NCBI GenBank assembly: GCA_026023565.1
Contig: JAPETS010000013.1
Span: forward strand, 620,001-684,000
Direction of reading: 5' to 3'
Origin: Cirrosporium novae-zelandiae
Lineage: Eukaryota
DNA length: 64,000 nt
A program made the translations under genes and the position numbers. Positions within the stretch are counted from its first letter, which is position 1. Every line of letters begins with the position of its first letter. Positions 49,221-63,029 of the stretch are shown here, piece by piece. The notes beneath the pieces were generated by a model. That model was not told where the DNA came from, searched no databases, and saw only the letters and a program-made list of their open reading frames with translations.

Positions 49221-50666
49221 TTACCGGTCGTCTGAGGAGCTATGACTGTGGCTACGACTTTCTTTGCTTGACTCAGTCCAACCCCCTTTTGCCGACTCGT
49301 TCCAATCAACCTCTCTGCGGACCCTGATCCTGTTCAGCGGTATCTCATCCCCCGACACGCTTTCACGTTCAGCCTCGCCCGCATGTGCTTCATTCGATGC
49401 CGTTCCTCCGTACGTTGGTTGAAGGCTTGTGTCGTCAAGCCGCTGAAAAGGCCTGGTATTCAATCGGCTGCCCTGGCTGTTCATCTTCCCCGACTTCAGT
49501 TCCAACTCGGTTGATAGAGTCGGCGTCTTCGCCGCTGTCGATCGGCCGGTACTCGCAAATTTACTCGACACTACTCGCATCAGGGGACGGAGGGTTGGGA
49601 GACAGGCGCTAATGACTCCAGTCGCAGTTTCGATGACACACCAGGTGCAGGCCGTGGCCAGAGTCCCTTTGGAATTGATCAGCGGTATTCATAATAGGAT
49701 CAGACAGCGACGCTAGCTGTCGTTGTCCTGGAGTCGCCAGTTCTTACATGTCATGTCACTTGACTCAAATTGGAAGATTGTCGTGAACCGGTAAATACTT
49801 GCAAACACCACGCTGTACGGTAAGGAGCCATTAGCTTCAGCAGTAGCAGTAGCAAACGCTGATAAGGATACGTACAAGCTACCCGTCAAGAAGATTAATA
49901 TTAGAGAAATACGGCGAATTTTGCTCGTCTGAATTTGCCATAGATAAGGCCCGGGAAGGCATAAGATAACGATATCTGTACCAAAATTCGGCACACCGTT
50001 CCCAATAAACGAAGCCTTGAGATTAATGCAAGTACCAGGCACGGAGGTATTCCAAGCCCTTCGGATGGGGGTGCACTGAAAGATGCTCACGAAGTTGATG
50101 GCTACTGTCCAACCAACGACGCAGAACCCGATGATATACATGGCTATCTTCATGGTGTGATACGGGAAGATGCGGTAATACATCAGGAGAAGAGAAAATT
50201 TGATCAAGCCAACGGTGGTGCAGTAAACGCATTCAAAAGCCACCAACAGCTATAACACGAGTTAATGATTGAAAATATAAAGTTGCTGTGGTGAGGCACA
50301 CCTTGGCTACCGTGATCAAATCCGCTACTTCCAGATCAGCAGCATGCCTGCCTAGCCCATAGTGAATCACTGCATCGGATTAGTATGGCAGAAGATATCT
50401 TCCGTATTCTTTCAAAAGTCATACTTGCTATATTTACAGACATGGTTCCCAGGAGAAAAGTCTAATTTTATATCTTAGTAACTTGACCAATCGATTACGG
50501 GCTAATTCATCCTTACCATAGATACTAGCAGCAGATAATCATCCCTTCCGTATGATACGCGTCCCTTCCATCTGGCCAGAAAGCGCAGGCCGATAAAGAT
50601 CAGAGCAAGCATAGGAAGCGCAACAGTGGCGGAAAGCAGCTCGCGCTGGCGGCTCTCGAGGGCCAT
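49221..50666 (-). CDS. PTH11-like seven-transmembrane (fungal rhodopsin-domain) protein lacking CFEM; about 5 introns
   Basis: LRFLAR, DDYLL, GLGRH, IKFSLLLMYYRIF, FQCTPI, TDIVILCLP, WCVIE...ISACLPTLRPL. Confidence 0.87.
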
Positions 50667-51146
50667 TGTGTTAGGTGAGGGGTGGGATGCCGATATTCCT
50701 TCCCGGGTAGAATAGGTAAAATGAGTAAAAACGAAGGAGTGAGTAATTAATGAAAGACTTTTAGTATAAAAAGAGGAATGGTTGGAGAATAACAACTTTT
50801 AGGTGTCTCGCAAACACCAAAATGACGGCAAACGCCAGAGCTTAGAGCGCACGACATTTCGTGCTTCAGAGATATATAATTGGAATTGGTGGACGATCGA
50901 CAAAACGGTTACTATCACTAATAGATAGTGGAGCGGTGGAAGACATGTTTGGCAGGCGATCGCGGATGAATAGTCTTAACGATCCTGGTACCTGGGAAAC
51001 TATGATTAACTAGCTCGACAAGTCGTGTCTCATAACTCCCTTGTTTAGTGCGTTGCTTGGTAGGAAGAGGAGAGTTTTTGATTGACTGGATGATACATGA
51101 TATCATGTATGAAAAGAGGTACTATGGTAGACTAGGTTTTCTAGCG

Positions 51147-51220
51147 AGGGAGAGACAGGGACAGACAGGGAGAGACAGGGACAGACAGGGACAGATAGAC
51201 AGGGACAGATAGACAGGGAC
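51147..51220. repeat. Degenerate 10-14 bp tandem repeat (AGACAGGGAC-type)
   Basis: Read directly from the sequence. Confidence 0.85.
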
Positions 51221-52483
51221 AAACAAGAACTAAAAGAGAAGGGGTAGAGTGATACTACGTGTAGTTAGATTAGATTTGAAGAATTGGGAGGTGAGTTGAG
51301 TGAGTTGGGTGAGTTGGATGAGGGGATCTTCCTTGATTTTCGTTGACATAACCTGGTCGGGCGTAGAAGTAGAACCTTTGGTGCCTTTGCTGGTGCCTTT
51401 TAGCTTCCGAAAGGTTGACTAGTCCAACTCTTCCGTTCTCCGAACGAATCAAAAGAAAGTCTTGAAGGAAAATCTTTAGAAAATCTTTATAAAACCTCCC
51501 AATCACGTGTTTTGTCCATTAACATTAATCTTATCAAGGAATAATAATAATATCTTTTCCCAATCTTCCCACTTGCTCACGCTACACGCTCTACACACTC
51601 TACACACTCTACACGCATACACACTTACTTTTCTATTCTTTCTTTCTTTTCTTTCCCTTTCTTTTTTCCAAAAAAAAACCCACACGATAGACCCTAGAGT
51701 AACTAAACTACCCTTAAATCACCTCAACTTGGTTGCCAATATTGCTAAAACCAAAACTAGTAGACTTTTCGAACACGTCTACCATGGACGTCCTAAAATC
51801 ATGGAGTAGTTTCTCTCTGACTCTTTAACGCCTCATGGCCGCTTTAATATTCCACATGCGAATAAATTCATCGTTGGTTTCCACCGTCTTTGTGCACCAC
51901 AACTCCAGCGTCTCAAGCTTCATCATCGCTCCAAGCCCCTCCCCTTGAAGATCATTACTACCCTGAGTCCAGGTCTCAAGCCAAACAAAAAAAAAAAAAA
52001 AATATTTGAACTAAAATCCAGGCCCGTCGCCCGTTCTTTTTTGAATCTTAAAAAAGCTGGTGAAACCCTAATTGAACTCAAACAAACCAAACCTATCCCA
52101 TCGATGGCATCTCCTCCGTTCCTGTAAAAGGGATTTTTTTTTCTCTTCCCTTTTAACTCATCGGCAGTTAACCGGCGTGGGTCCATAATTCATACCACTT
52201 CACCGTATACACACCGTTCCTCTACCCTAATGTTCCCACTATCTCTCCCATCTGCTTTTGGAGACTGTGATACCTGTGACCTTGATTAGCCTCGTTTTGG
52301 TTTCCATTGCCTTATCCACAAGTCATTTCTGCAGTAATTAAATAATTAGCTAATAGTAGACGCAATTCTCTCTTTCCAATTCTATCCTTTCAAATCTGCA
52401 CAAACAATATCCTACTCCGCCCTTCTCCAATCCCCCAATATTCCCTCTCCATTCACGGGAATAGCCACAAATTGCTTTCCAAC

Positions 52484-52523
52484 CCAATCCAATCCAATCC
52501 AATCCAATCCAATCCAATCCAAT
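52484..52523. repeat. (CCAAT)8 repeat immediately upstream of the hydrolase ATG
   Basis: Read directly from the sequence. Confidence 0.9.
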
Positions 52524-52528
52524 CAATC

Positions 52529-53305
52529 ATGTCATCAGCCCCAGAAAAGCCTACCGTGGTCTTTGTCCCAGGTGCCTGGCACCTTCCGGAAGGGTTCGAC
52601 CAGGCTCGAACCATATTGACCAAGAACAATTATCCATCCGTTGCCCCAGCTCTTCCTTCGGTCGATGCCGAACCTCCAACCAAAACCCTCAACGATGACA
52701 TTGACTACTTCCACAAGGTCCTAGCTGACCTTGCCGACCAAGGCAAGCAACTCATCGTCATCCCGCATTCTTACGGTGGCCTTGTGGGAGCCGGAGCCGT
52801 CAAAGGTCTTGGCTACGCTGAGCGCGCTAAGGCAGGAAAGAAAGGTGGCGTTATAATGTTGATGTACATGTCTGCATTCGTGGTGCCCAAGGGAAAATCC
52901 CTGAAGGACATGCTCGGAGGCCAGTTCCTCCCGTGGATGAAGTTTGACGGAAACTACTGCCACTCTTCCGACCAGCATAATATCTTCTACCACGATCTTC
53001 CTAAGGAGGAGCAGGAGAAGTGGATTTCGAAACTCAAACACACGTCTGCGTCCGTGTTCTCGGATGCTGCAACCAACGAGCCGTGGAACGATGGCCTTCC
53101 CTGCATGTTCTTGTTCTGCGATCAGGACCATGCCATACCTCCACCCGTGCAGGATGGGATGTCAAAGCTGCTGGGCGAGGGTGCGCCAGGGTATCATGCC
53201 GATGCGAGCCATTCGGTATTTTTGAGCAAGCCGGAGTGTGTTAAGGAGGCGTGTGATGTGGCGACAAAGGCTGGACGGGAGAAAAGTGGCATTCTCCTGA
53301 ATTAA
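52529..53305 (+). CDS. Alpha/beta hydrolase, methylesterase-like; intronless
   Basis: VFVPGAWH, PHSYGG nucleophile elbow, CDQDHAI, ASHSVFLS. Confidence 0.9.
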   Translation: MSSAPEKPTVVFVPGAWHLPEGFDQARTILTKNNYPSVAPALPSVDAEPPTKTLNDDIDYFHKVLADLADQGKQLIVIPHSYGGLVGAGAVKGLGYAERAKAGKKGGVIMLMYMSAFVVPKGKSLKDMLGGQFLPWMKFDGNYCHSSDQHNIFYHDLPKEEQEKWISKLKHTSASVFSDAATNEPWNDGLPCMFLFCDQDHAIPPPVQDGMSKLLGEGAPGYHADASHSVFLSKPECVKEACDVATKAGREKSGILLN

Positions 53306-53989
53306 ATATCAAGGAGTTGTTGATAGATGATCAAATAATAAATGATGAGTTTGTGAATATAGATAAGAATGTGGTCTGATGACAGGATGAATGATTATGG
53401 AGGATGATGAAAAGGCTTGTTCTACTGCATAGTAACCCTAACGGGACTATTTCTAGATTAGCGAAACCTGAGGGCGCGAAGCCCAGTAAATTAGATAATC
53501 AACTCCAATCAATCAATTATCATTTGAGTGGCTTAAAACAGACACATGTTCAAATCACCAAAGAAATTTGTTAAAGTGCTGACACAAAGTCAGTCGTTTC
53601 CCTAATAACACGCCGGGAAGATAAATCAAAGTTATTATATATTCGGGTGTTCTCGTGAACTTAACAACTTCGCTAAGGAACTTAGCGAAGGGATAAATCC
53701 ATTTAACCTCTGGAAACATGTGCAGGTTTTGCAAAGAAAGCCTAGCTAGAAGGAACACATGAGGTTTTTATAATATTTATCTAGGCCTGGCCTGGCTGGT
53801 TGGCACGTGGCTGACTCCTTGGGATTAGGAACCAGTGACCATTAATGGTAGTTTCCATTCTCAATGACCTCCTCTTGCTGCGTTAACTCTATTTAACCGA
53901 AGTTGGTTTGAACCTTTCTGATCCTGAACTTCCCGGACATCGAATGCTTCCATTTCCCGATCCATGTCATTTTTCTTCCTTTGAAAAGT

Positions 53990-55943
53990 TTATGGAAGCT
54001 CTGATAATCCTAGCTTAGTCATGGCACTCTGGTACTTTTCGTAAATGTCAAGCCGCAACGAGTCGTCCATCATCGTGAGTGTCTCGTTTCCTTGGTCTTG
54101 CAGGTACATGACTCTCCTGCTGTTCGTCTCAAACTGGTCCCATGTGGGATAGCCGGATAGGCCGTGCTTGTTGGGGGTTTGGTGGTTAGCAAAAGATATC
54201 CATCTGCAAATATTCGTTAGCTTTCGTCAGGTCCTGAAAAATCGAGAGAAATATAGACGTACGCCGACATCATATAGATTGCAACGTTCGCATCACCTTG
54301 GGTCCATCCTTCGACACTCATCACGTCTCCGAAGACGTATGCAATCTCGGTCATGTGGTGAACGCCTGCTCTTTCAGCATAAGCTGTCGTGTGTGGGCCA
54401 TATTGATATGTAAAGTTTAGGATCGCTGCAGGAGGACGTTGGAAAAAGTGATAGCCCCATGTTGGCGCTTTGGTGCAGTGGGTGCGAAGGACAACACGAC
54501 GAGAAATCTCCATATAGAGGTCACCTAATGCAGCTTCTGCGATGTAATAGCTGGCATTGGCCGTAAGGTCTGCATGGTACCCCAGTCCGTTTTCGAACCA
54601 AGTATGGTTTTCGTAGGTATCTAAAATGGAGTTGATAATAGTTGAATCGTTCGTTCCAAGGTAACCTGGGCAGTAGATAATGAGCACTCAAATAATCCCC
54701 AGACGCAAGGATACAAAAAAGTCATACTGTAAATTGTCGAATACAAGTCCGAGCGGCTAGGGGGGTCGAACATGGACGACATGAATTCAGAGCCCTCGTT
54801 TAGATTCGAGCCATGCATCTGTCCACCGGATTAGGTTGTGAGCAACATGATTAAGACTGCTTTACACTGACCATTGGGATAGGCGCAAAGCTGCCGCTGG
54901 TCGCAAGAGAGACAAGATCAGTATCGAACCAGTCATCGTCAATAGTAAGACTAGAGTATTCATAATAGGTCGATCCGTATTCCTCCAAAAGGGGATTCAA
55001 TGTTGAATAAGGCACCTTTCGGAGGCATGCTAGCTGGTCCGTTGTGTTAGAACAGCTAGGAACTAATCAGCAAGTTGTCATTTTCGGATCTGGCAATACA
55101 CACCTAACGGTTTCTAGAAGCCCATTGAATTTTGTATCCCCAGTTGATGCATTGACAACTACAAATATTAGCGGTGATTTATAATTTAGTGTTTTTATGC
55201 TTACCTGTGCCTGCAACCCCCCCAGGTCCACCGGATTCGGTTATTACACCTTTGAAGAGTTTTCCACTCTCGTTCTTGACGGCAGCATAATGCATCTGAG
55301 ACCAGCAATCCCATGCGCCCAAGCTTTCCCCGAATAGGGTCACCTTGTCCGGGTTCCCGCCAAATGCCCTGATATTGTTATGAACCCAGCTCAATGCCAG
55401 ATACTGGTCCTTCAACCCTAGATTCAGAACATTTGCATCTTTCAGCACTGAGCTATACATGAACCCAAAACCATTTAATCGATAATTTATCCCCACATAT
55501 ATGACCGGCTGACCAATAGAAACGGAATGCTGCACCAATGCCGTCCCATTGTAGAATGTGCCTTGACCGTTGACATTGCCTCCGCCATGGACCCAAAACA
55601 TGACCGGGAGATCAGTAACATTGCTTGAGCTGCTAGCGGGCCGTACAATATTCAAGAATAGGCAATCTTCCGATAAACCGTTGGCGATTCCGTAGGACGC
55701 ATTCTGTGAGCAGCCAGGACCATACGAAGTAGCATTGATCTGTTGGGTACTCGAGCCATTGTAGGCTACAGGGTTCGCAAGGCGAAGGTCACCAACTGGA
55801 GCTTGAGCATAACGGATACCAAGGAATTGATCAAGGTCAGCAATAGCCGCGCTAGCGAAGTAGGTTCCTTGGGAAAGGGATACTCCGGAAGTGGAGCAGC
55901 TGATGCCTTGGGCAAACAGAGCAAGGACGAGAAGATTAAACAT
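53990..55943 (-). CDS. Secreted type-B carboxylesterase/lipase; about 5 introns
   Basis: Signal peptide, FLGIRYAQAP, SEDCLFLN, WVHGGG, FGGNPDKVTLFGESLG, NLNEG, GVHHMTEI (Ser-Glu-His triad). Confidence 0.9.
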
Positions 55944-56986
55944 TGCGATGGGTGCTCAATGGGCTTCGAGCTTCGGACTCTTCTCCTTGACAGCAGCTAT
56001 GCATCTCTATATCTGCACGACCCCGCAAGAAAGGGGGAATCCGACAACTCTGGAAGATCCATCATGCAGTAAACAAGGATATACTTCAAAGTTAATTAAA
56101 GCATCTGGTAAGCAAGTGCGCTAAAGGACGTATTGAGTATGTCGCATTGTTCTTTATAGCTCGTTCCTCGGTCAAAGTGTTCAATCTCATTTTGGCGGAA
56201 GTATATCAATGGAAGTAGATCAATGGCCGAATAACCCCAGGGTAGTACTACTCTAGTCCTCTGGTTTGGATGGGGCCTGTCGTTAGACGGAAAGGCCACT
56301 GGGGAGCGTTGGGGCGTTGAAACGTTGGGGCCGTTGGAGCTATGTCGTAATAAATATTCTCCTGAAGCCGCGCTACCGCTTAAACTGCGGCAAACCAACT
56401 CTTCGTTGATCGGCTTCTTCCTTCCTTGATATGATGTTATAATCACATAATAATAATATCAACTCTTGAAAATTATCAACTCATATTCAACAACCCAAAC
56501 AACGCCGGCCTCTCGCGGATATTTAATCTAGTTACAGTATCAATAACCATACACCTTTTCTGATGCATAGTCCAGGCTCTTGTCATCTTGTATGAAAAAA
56601 CTTCTCTTCCGAGGCTGCAATCGGCCACGTACCTCATCATGAGCATCAATCAATCAAGAAAAACGGTAGTAATAAACAAAATACACTTTCTATTCATTCA
56701 GTAGCGTAAAGAGTAATCCATTAATCCCGAAACCAACCGTCAATCGTAGGAAAAAGGTCGACGTTGACTATCCCCTTCTCCAAACGCCGTACCCATCCCG
56801 TCCACCCCGCTCAAACGCAGCATTACCATCCGACCAACACCAAAGGCATCGGAAATCTGAATTCGAGAGCCATTCCACTTTCCCTGGTCCAAATAGCCCG
56901 ATAATCCAAAAAAGTTGAAGATGGAGAGGGAGCGTTATCCCTATCAACCCACCAAGCAGTCACATCCTACAGGTTGCAACAAATCC

Positions 56987-59900
56987 TCAAACACCTACTC
57001 CAACCCCAAACCTCGGAGTTCTCGCAAACGCTGCCATTATTCCCTTCTGTGCCGCCTCTTCCTGCTGCCGGCTCACCATCATGGCTTCGTGCGCCTCAGC
57101 CTCACTAATTCGACGACCGATGTCGAGGTCGCTGCCGTCGTCAACAAATGTCCAACTTTCTTCTTCCTCGTCCCCTCCTTCTACCATATCGGGGGTGGAG
57201 GAGCCACCGTCGGCACCGGAAGTTGCTGAAGCATTTAAGGCCGAAACGTTGGTATCGCGTTTTTTGATTAGTGATCGTGCATATTCTAGATCTCGATAGA
57301 TTGCTTGGATGGCGGTTTCGACACCATTTTCCTGTTGTTCAAGTAATTAGGTGAGTTTTCTATAGCAGAAGAGATGATGGGAGGAGTTGCGACTAACCTT
57401 TCGAATCTGGTCCCCTAAGACTTTTGCTTTTACAATAATTCGCTCGTTATGTGTAGCCTCCCATAACGCCCTCGAAAATGTGCTGACATTCAATTTTCTC
57501 ACGTAGACTCCCACTCCCAAATCCTCAATCCTTGAACCATAGAAAAACTGATCTCCGAAAAATGGATATATAATCGTTGGAAGACCAGCCCGTAAACTTG
57601 CACCGGTTGTCCCAGATCCGCCATGGTGAGCAGCAGCATCTATTATCTTGAAGAGCCAATCATGCGGTATGGATTTAATTTGGTGGATTTCGGGGGGAAG
57701 AGGAATTTCAGGTTTGTCGGCATCCTTTTTACCTAGACGATCAGACCAGCCCTTGGAGAGGATGCAGCGGACATCTGCCTTGAGGACAGATTCGACGACA
57801 ACGCGAGTTATGGCAGCCGGATCGGAGACGACGATGGAGCCAAAGCCGATATAGACAATTTTCTTTTTGTCAGTTCGCGCTCTGCGGATGAAGTCAAGGA
57901 GTTCTTGCGGGGGAGTAAAGTTCGCAGCTTCATCCAGGAACCAGTAACCTGTGACACGGATCCAGTCGCTCCAATCAAGTGGAGGAGGGACAACCGAGGG
58001 ACTGAAGTTATAAAGGAAAGGAACTTTATTGGGCTGGAGTTTGTCGAGGCTCGTACTTCCTAGACCGAGCTCCTTCTTTCGCCAACGGTTGACTTGTCCA
58101 GCAATGGCTTTCCAGAAAACATTGTCAAACATGACATAAGTGATATAGTTGTATCCTCCACCCATCTTGTGGTCTGGAACAGCAAAGGCGTGAGGGTAAG
58201 CGCGTGTTCGTGTCCATGGCATTGTGAATGCTCTAAAGTATGGTATCTCAAGAGCTTCAGCGATATGAATGCCCGCCATAGCACTGGGGCTTTCGATTAA
58301 GATATCACTATCTTTGCAGGCGGCCCAGGAAGAGCTCATGAGACCATCAAGCCATCCTCGAAAAGTAGATGTAGCTTCTTTTAGAAAAGAATAAGTGAAC
58401 ATCCCATTCTCAACACAAATCCTCATAAGCTCAGCAGGATCACCAGCTACAGGTGCGAAATCGATTCCATGCGACTTTACCCAAGGACCAAACTCGGCAT
58501 GGGTAGCTATTTTGGGTCGATGGCCCTCAGCAATTAATCCTTTGCAAAAGGCAATATAAGGTTGAACATCGCCACGAGAGCCGATAGTTAAGCACGTTAT
58601 TCTGAAAGACTCTTTTGGTTTGAAATTCAGTACCGATACCTGAGGATCGTCGAAAAGAATGGTTTGCGCTTCGGAGGTAGTGGGCGACTCCGCCAAATCT
58701 GTTGGGAGTGGAAAATCATGTGTATCTTGTATGATCTTCCTCGCATCTTGCAGTAGTTTGTGTTCAGCCTTAGCCACTTCTGCTTCGTCCTCTTCTTCTC
58801 TACTTAGCAACCCTGATTCCTTCATGTACCGGACCGTCTCTAGTTGCCCAAGCAAAGTCACGGCACAGTCATCTCTGTTTTCAACGTTGCTGAATTCGAA
58901 GAAAAGTTCTTCATGTCCTCGAATTACAATAACCAAACCCGAATAGCCGAACCGAAAGCCCTTTTCCTTATCAATGGTTTCAATATCTTTCAAAGGCAAG
59001 ATCATTTTCGTACGGGTTCCAGGTAGCAGACTGCGGAAGCATAGTTTTCTATTACTGATGTATATCTTGCCATACAAAGGTAGCACTCGTTGGAGATATG
59101 CAAAATAAGTGGCCTGGAGTTTTTCGGTTGAGGGTAGTGCAAAGTGGGCTCGGAATCGGTCTCCATGTCCGGCAGCTTCTTCCTCATCTTCAAGATCTTC
59201 TAGTCGGTCTTCTGGCATGACACCTTCCGCATCGCCATAGTGTTTGCGCGCTCCGGTCCACATTCCGGATACCTTTTCAATGTAACCCATCGATTCTGTA
59301 GCCAAAAGATTACTCATTCGTTTCGAGCGGGACTTGAGATAACCAGCTAGATACGAAGCTCTTTGTAGAGGATATCTGCCAGCTCTGACAAGTTCTTGAA
59401 GAGCAGGCGTTGAATTTGAATGGGGAAGTTGATCGCTTTCAGAAATCGTATCTTCGTCAATGTCGTAGCTTATATTTCCGGGATTCTGTTTGGTCTTGTG
59501 GACGTCCGACTGCGTATTGGTTCTTGATGGAGGAATAACTCTTATTCCAGTTGGTTCAGACTCTGTCCTAGGGCTCTCCTCGGAATAGCCTCGCATGTGA
59601 TCCTTATAGATGGCTGATCTTGGCTTTCCTTGGATTGTAGGAGAGTCAAACACGTCGCTTCGTTTGAGGATTTGACTTGCCGATTCTTGTGTGTCAGTTG
59701 CCGATTGAATAGCAGCGGATGATTCAGTTTTCTGTTCTACTGAATTTACATACGAATCGGACGAGCCATGCTTTCGTGTGAATGGTGACCATGGAGAATG
59801 TTCCGTTCGGCCGCGGGGGCTGTGTATTATACGACTGGTACTTTCACTACGGCGACCCCTCCCGGAGCTTGTGTGAGGTTCTCGGGATACGTCGAAACTC

Positions 59901-61527
59901 CGGCGACTTGCTTCCATGCTCGCCGATCGGCCGAGATCACCACTTTTCCGGGGGTTTGTCATGGAGCTTCTATCAGATGAAACTGGAGATAGAGTTGCTT
60001 TTACGCTGTCGTGAAGGATAGAGGTAGTTAAAACCTGGGACTTTGGTGAGTGCATGTCTGAGTATGTCCCCGACTCTCCAGAAGGGCGTGGAATGCCATC
60101 CGGCCGATTTTTCTGTCCAGTAGCTCGCAAATCCTCTTCCTGAAGCTTCTGAGCAGGATTATTATCAATGAGGATTTTTAACGTATTATATACTTCTTGT
60201 CCAAAACCAAAGAAAGAAAAAAAGTACTGAGAGCGAATTAGTCACATGAATCTATTAATTAAAATATGAAATGAAAGCTCACCTCATCAATAGCATAAGA
60301 TTCCTCGCTTTCAATAACTCTGATTTTGAAGGTCTCAGCGAAATCTATCATCGGACTCTTTTCGATATCTATAATATTTCCGATGGGCAAAGTTATTTTG
60401 ACACTGTCGCCTTCGTTTCGAGTTCTGAATATCACTTTTTGTAGCACTTTTACCCATTCTTTGGCACTAGAATAGCTATCTGCCCTGAAGTTATATGTCC
60501 GATGGTCCGTTGCAACAATGAAGCCGGTGCAGTCCTTGTTCTTCTGGTCGGAGAGTGATGCGGATATACCATATCGGAGATCAATATTTCCAGCAGGGAA
60601 ATAAAGATTAGAAGGATCGGCATAGTATGATAGGACATCGCCTTTTAGGACAAACCAGTAGCGATTATATTTTGGATTTTGTCGCCCTCGTTTGGAGATA
60701 TATCCGGACTTGGCAACGACATGAGACTTTTTGGGAAGGTAGGCGTAAAAGCATACATGCATCTGTGTAATATACATATATCCCTGAAGGAGCACGCTTT
60801 GCATGAGCCAACAGGGATATTCTGAGACGACATTCTCAGGATGATCAAAGCCAAAGATCTCCATTAGACGTTTTGAAAGTGTTGTGGGTGTTGTTTCGGT
60901 AGTTGTGCTGTCAGAAAGATTTTCATGTTTGACAGTCTTTGAACCCAGGGAGATGGAATGAAACTGTGCCTGAGCCTCTAGCATCCTGCTCATCACGGGC
61001 GCATCACGGGGCAGGGGTCCAGAGGTGGGGGAAATAGGTGACAAAGGCTCTATAGCAAGATTGTCACCAGGGAGAGAGCCATCCGCTATTTCAGTCACTT
61101 TCCCTTCAGATGTTTTCACACGCAGCTTTGAAAATGGCAGTCTCATCTTTGATCCTGAGATTTTCCGTATATGCTTGCTCTTTTCTCCAAAAGACGATCT
61201 AGTACCCCCCTGTTTTCCTTTCGCTTCTTGTGTCCCAAACATGCTTTTGTCATTTCTTGTGGGTGTTTTAATTTCACTTTCAGATTCACTGGTTTCTTCG
61301 TCGAATCTTGAATGAAAATCCGCTTTTGAACCGGCTGCAGCGACCATTGAAAATATTGACTGGTTTAAGTATCGAGCGTCTTTCCCCCTGGGAGCGGCAA
61401 CATCTACATCTGCATCATCTCCATCATTAAATCGTTCGGGCACATGGGTCGAAGGGGATCTAGTAGGGTTTCTGGCTTTGAACAATTTTCGCGGGACCCT
61501 CCTCGGGAGGTCATCATTGTCGTCCAT
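56987..61527 (-). CDS. ATG26: Sterol 3-beta-glucosyltransferase with GRAM/PH domains; 2 introns
   Basis: [18 protein letters not shown] domain, second [34 protein letters not shown]. Confidence 0.95.
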
Positions 61528-62208
61528 GGCTTATTTCTAAAGGTTGAGATTTCGAATGGGCCAAGGTGTGACAATCAAAGTCCAAATCAGAATTGTTGGG
61601 AGGTTGAGACTAGGCAGATTTACAGAGTGAAGCGATAGTGCAGACCTCGACCCAGGATGTGTCCAGCTGACTGAAGAGGATAAGAAGGTGGATGGCACAT
61701 GGTTCAGGGACAGCTCGAGGGAGGTAATTGCTCTTGGGTTCGGTCATTCATGGTAGACAACCCTTGGATGTAGGACGGAAGAGAAGGTTGAATGCGAAAG
61801 TGTAGGTGATAGAAGGTGCCAACAAAGTTGATAGAATCCAAACCCTGAACAATAACAATAATCCGGGATCTTCCTCTTCCCGAGAAGCCTGAGCGTTTCG
61901 AGGGTACTTTTGCAACTTGCCTGCCTTAAGGCCACCAAGGGCGGCTCTGAACAAGGCTATCCGCGTGAGACCATGGGACGTTGTTTTCCTTACCGATACT
62001 TACTGATAACAAAGATTCTAATTCGCCACTTGACTTGCACATACATCCACATTACCCCCCACTAGTACCAAGATCTTCGGCCTCAAGAATTACCGGACTG
62101 TCCAAGCTCTAAAGTGCGGAGGTTTAGACGCTTTCAGGCTCTAGAGACAGGCAACCTTAGTTGAACTTCCAGTCAGCTCTTTGCAGTCACCTCCAATCCC
62201 CATTCACC

Positions 62209-62552
62209 ATGGTTAGGGCTGTCAAGGGTAAGTTATGAATTCTTCTTTGGTACTAAGCTGCAGGTTCTAATTGGGATGACATTTCCAGGTGTGCTGGTCG
62301 AGTGCGACCCCTCTATCAAAGCCATTATCCTGAAAATCGACCAGGAACGCCATGAATACATCGTCGAGGATTTGGATGAACAGACTCTAGTTATCAAGGA
62401 CAACAAACTACAGGAACTGAAAGAGAAGTTGGACGAGGTATTATATATTCCACCCTGCACGCCAGCACCTTTCGCAGGATGCTAAACTTTACAACTTGTA
62501 GGCCCTTGCCGATACACAAATGATGCCTGAAGATTCTGAGTCGGATGCATGA
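62209..62552 (+). CDS. TFB5: TFIIH subunit Tfb5/TTDA; 2 introns
   Basis: MVRAVKG|VLVECDPSIKAIILKID...IVEDLDEQTLVI. Confidence 0.92.
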
Positions 62553-62643
62553 TCCCTACAATAATTATTTGTTCTTTAGTATGATAATTGGTTTTGGGCG
62601 TCTAGGATAGATTTGAGGCAACCGCCAAGAAAAACCAGGGACC

Positions 62644-62688
<45 letters not shown>
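62644..62688. repeat. (CTA)15 microsatellite
   Basis: Read directly from the sequence. Confidence 0.9.
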
Positions 62689-63029
62689 AGGCAAAGTGGA
62701 GTTTAATACGAGTATGTCATTGTGGAACTATTGAATACCCTCAGAAAAGAAAGGAACACTTCTTTGGAATATGTATACCGGAAATAGCCTCAGAACGCTT
62801 GCCATATTGTCATATCCAGGTGAACTCAAATGGTACCTCCCCCCGAAATGAAATCATTCGCTAGGAGACATTACTCTGGGGAGGGCAACAGGCAGGCCTG
62901 CAGGTAAAGGATGGTAAATCGTTCAGCCATCATTGTAAAGACTTGTCATGTCATAACTAATCATAAGACGTCGTTGAGAGAGCTTTGTACACAACGGGAC
63001 AGAAATGAGAAACATGACTGTCTTCGGTC

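Noticed and set aside
51147..51220. Tandem repeats as a CRISPR-like array
   Set aside because: Eukaryotic DNA, with no unique spacers; these are simple minisatellites.
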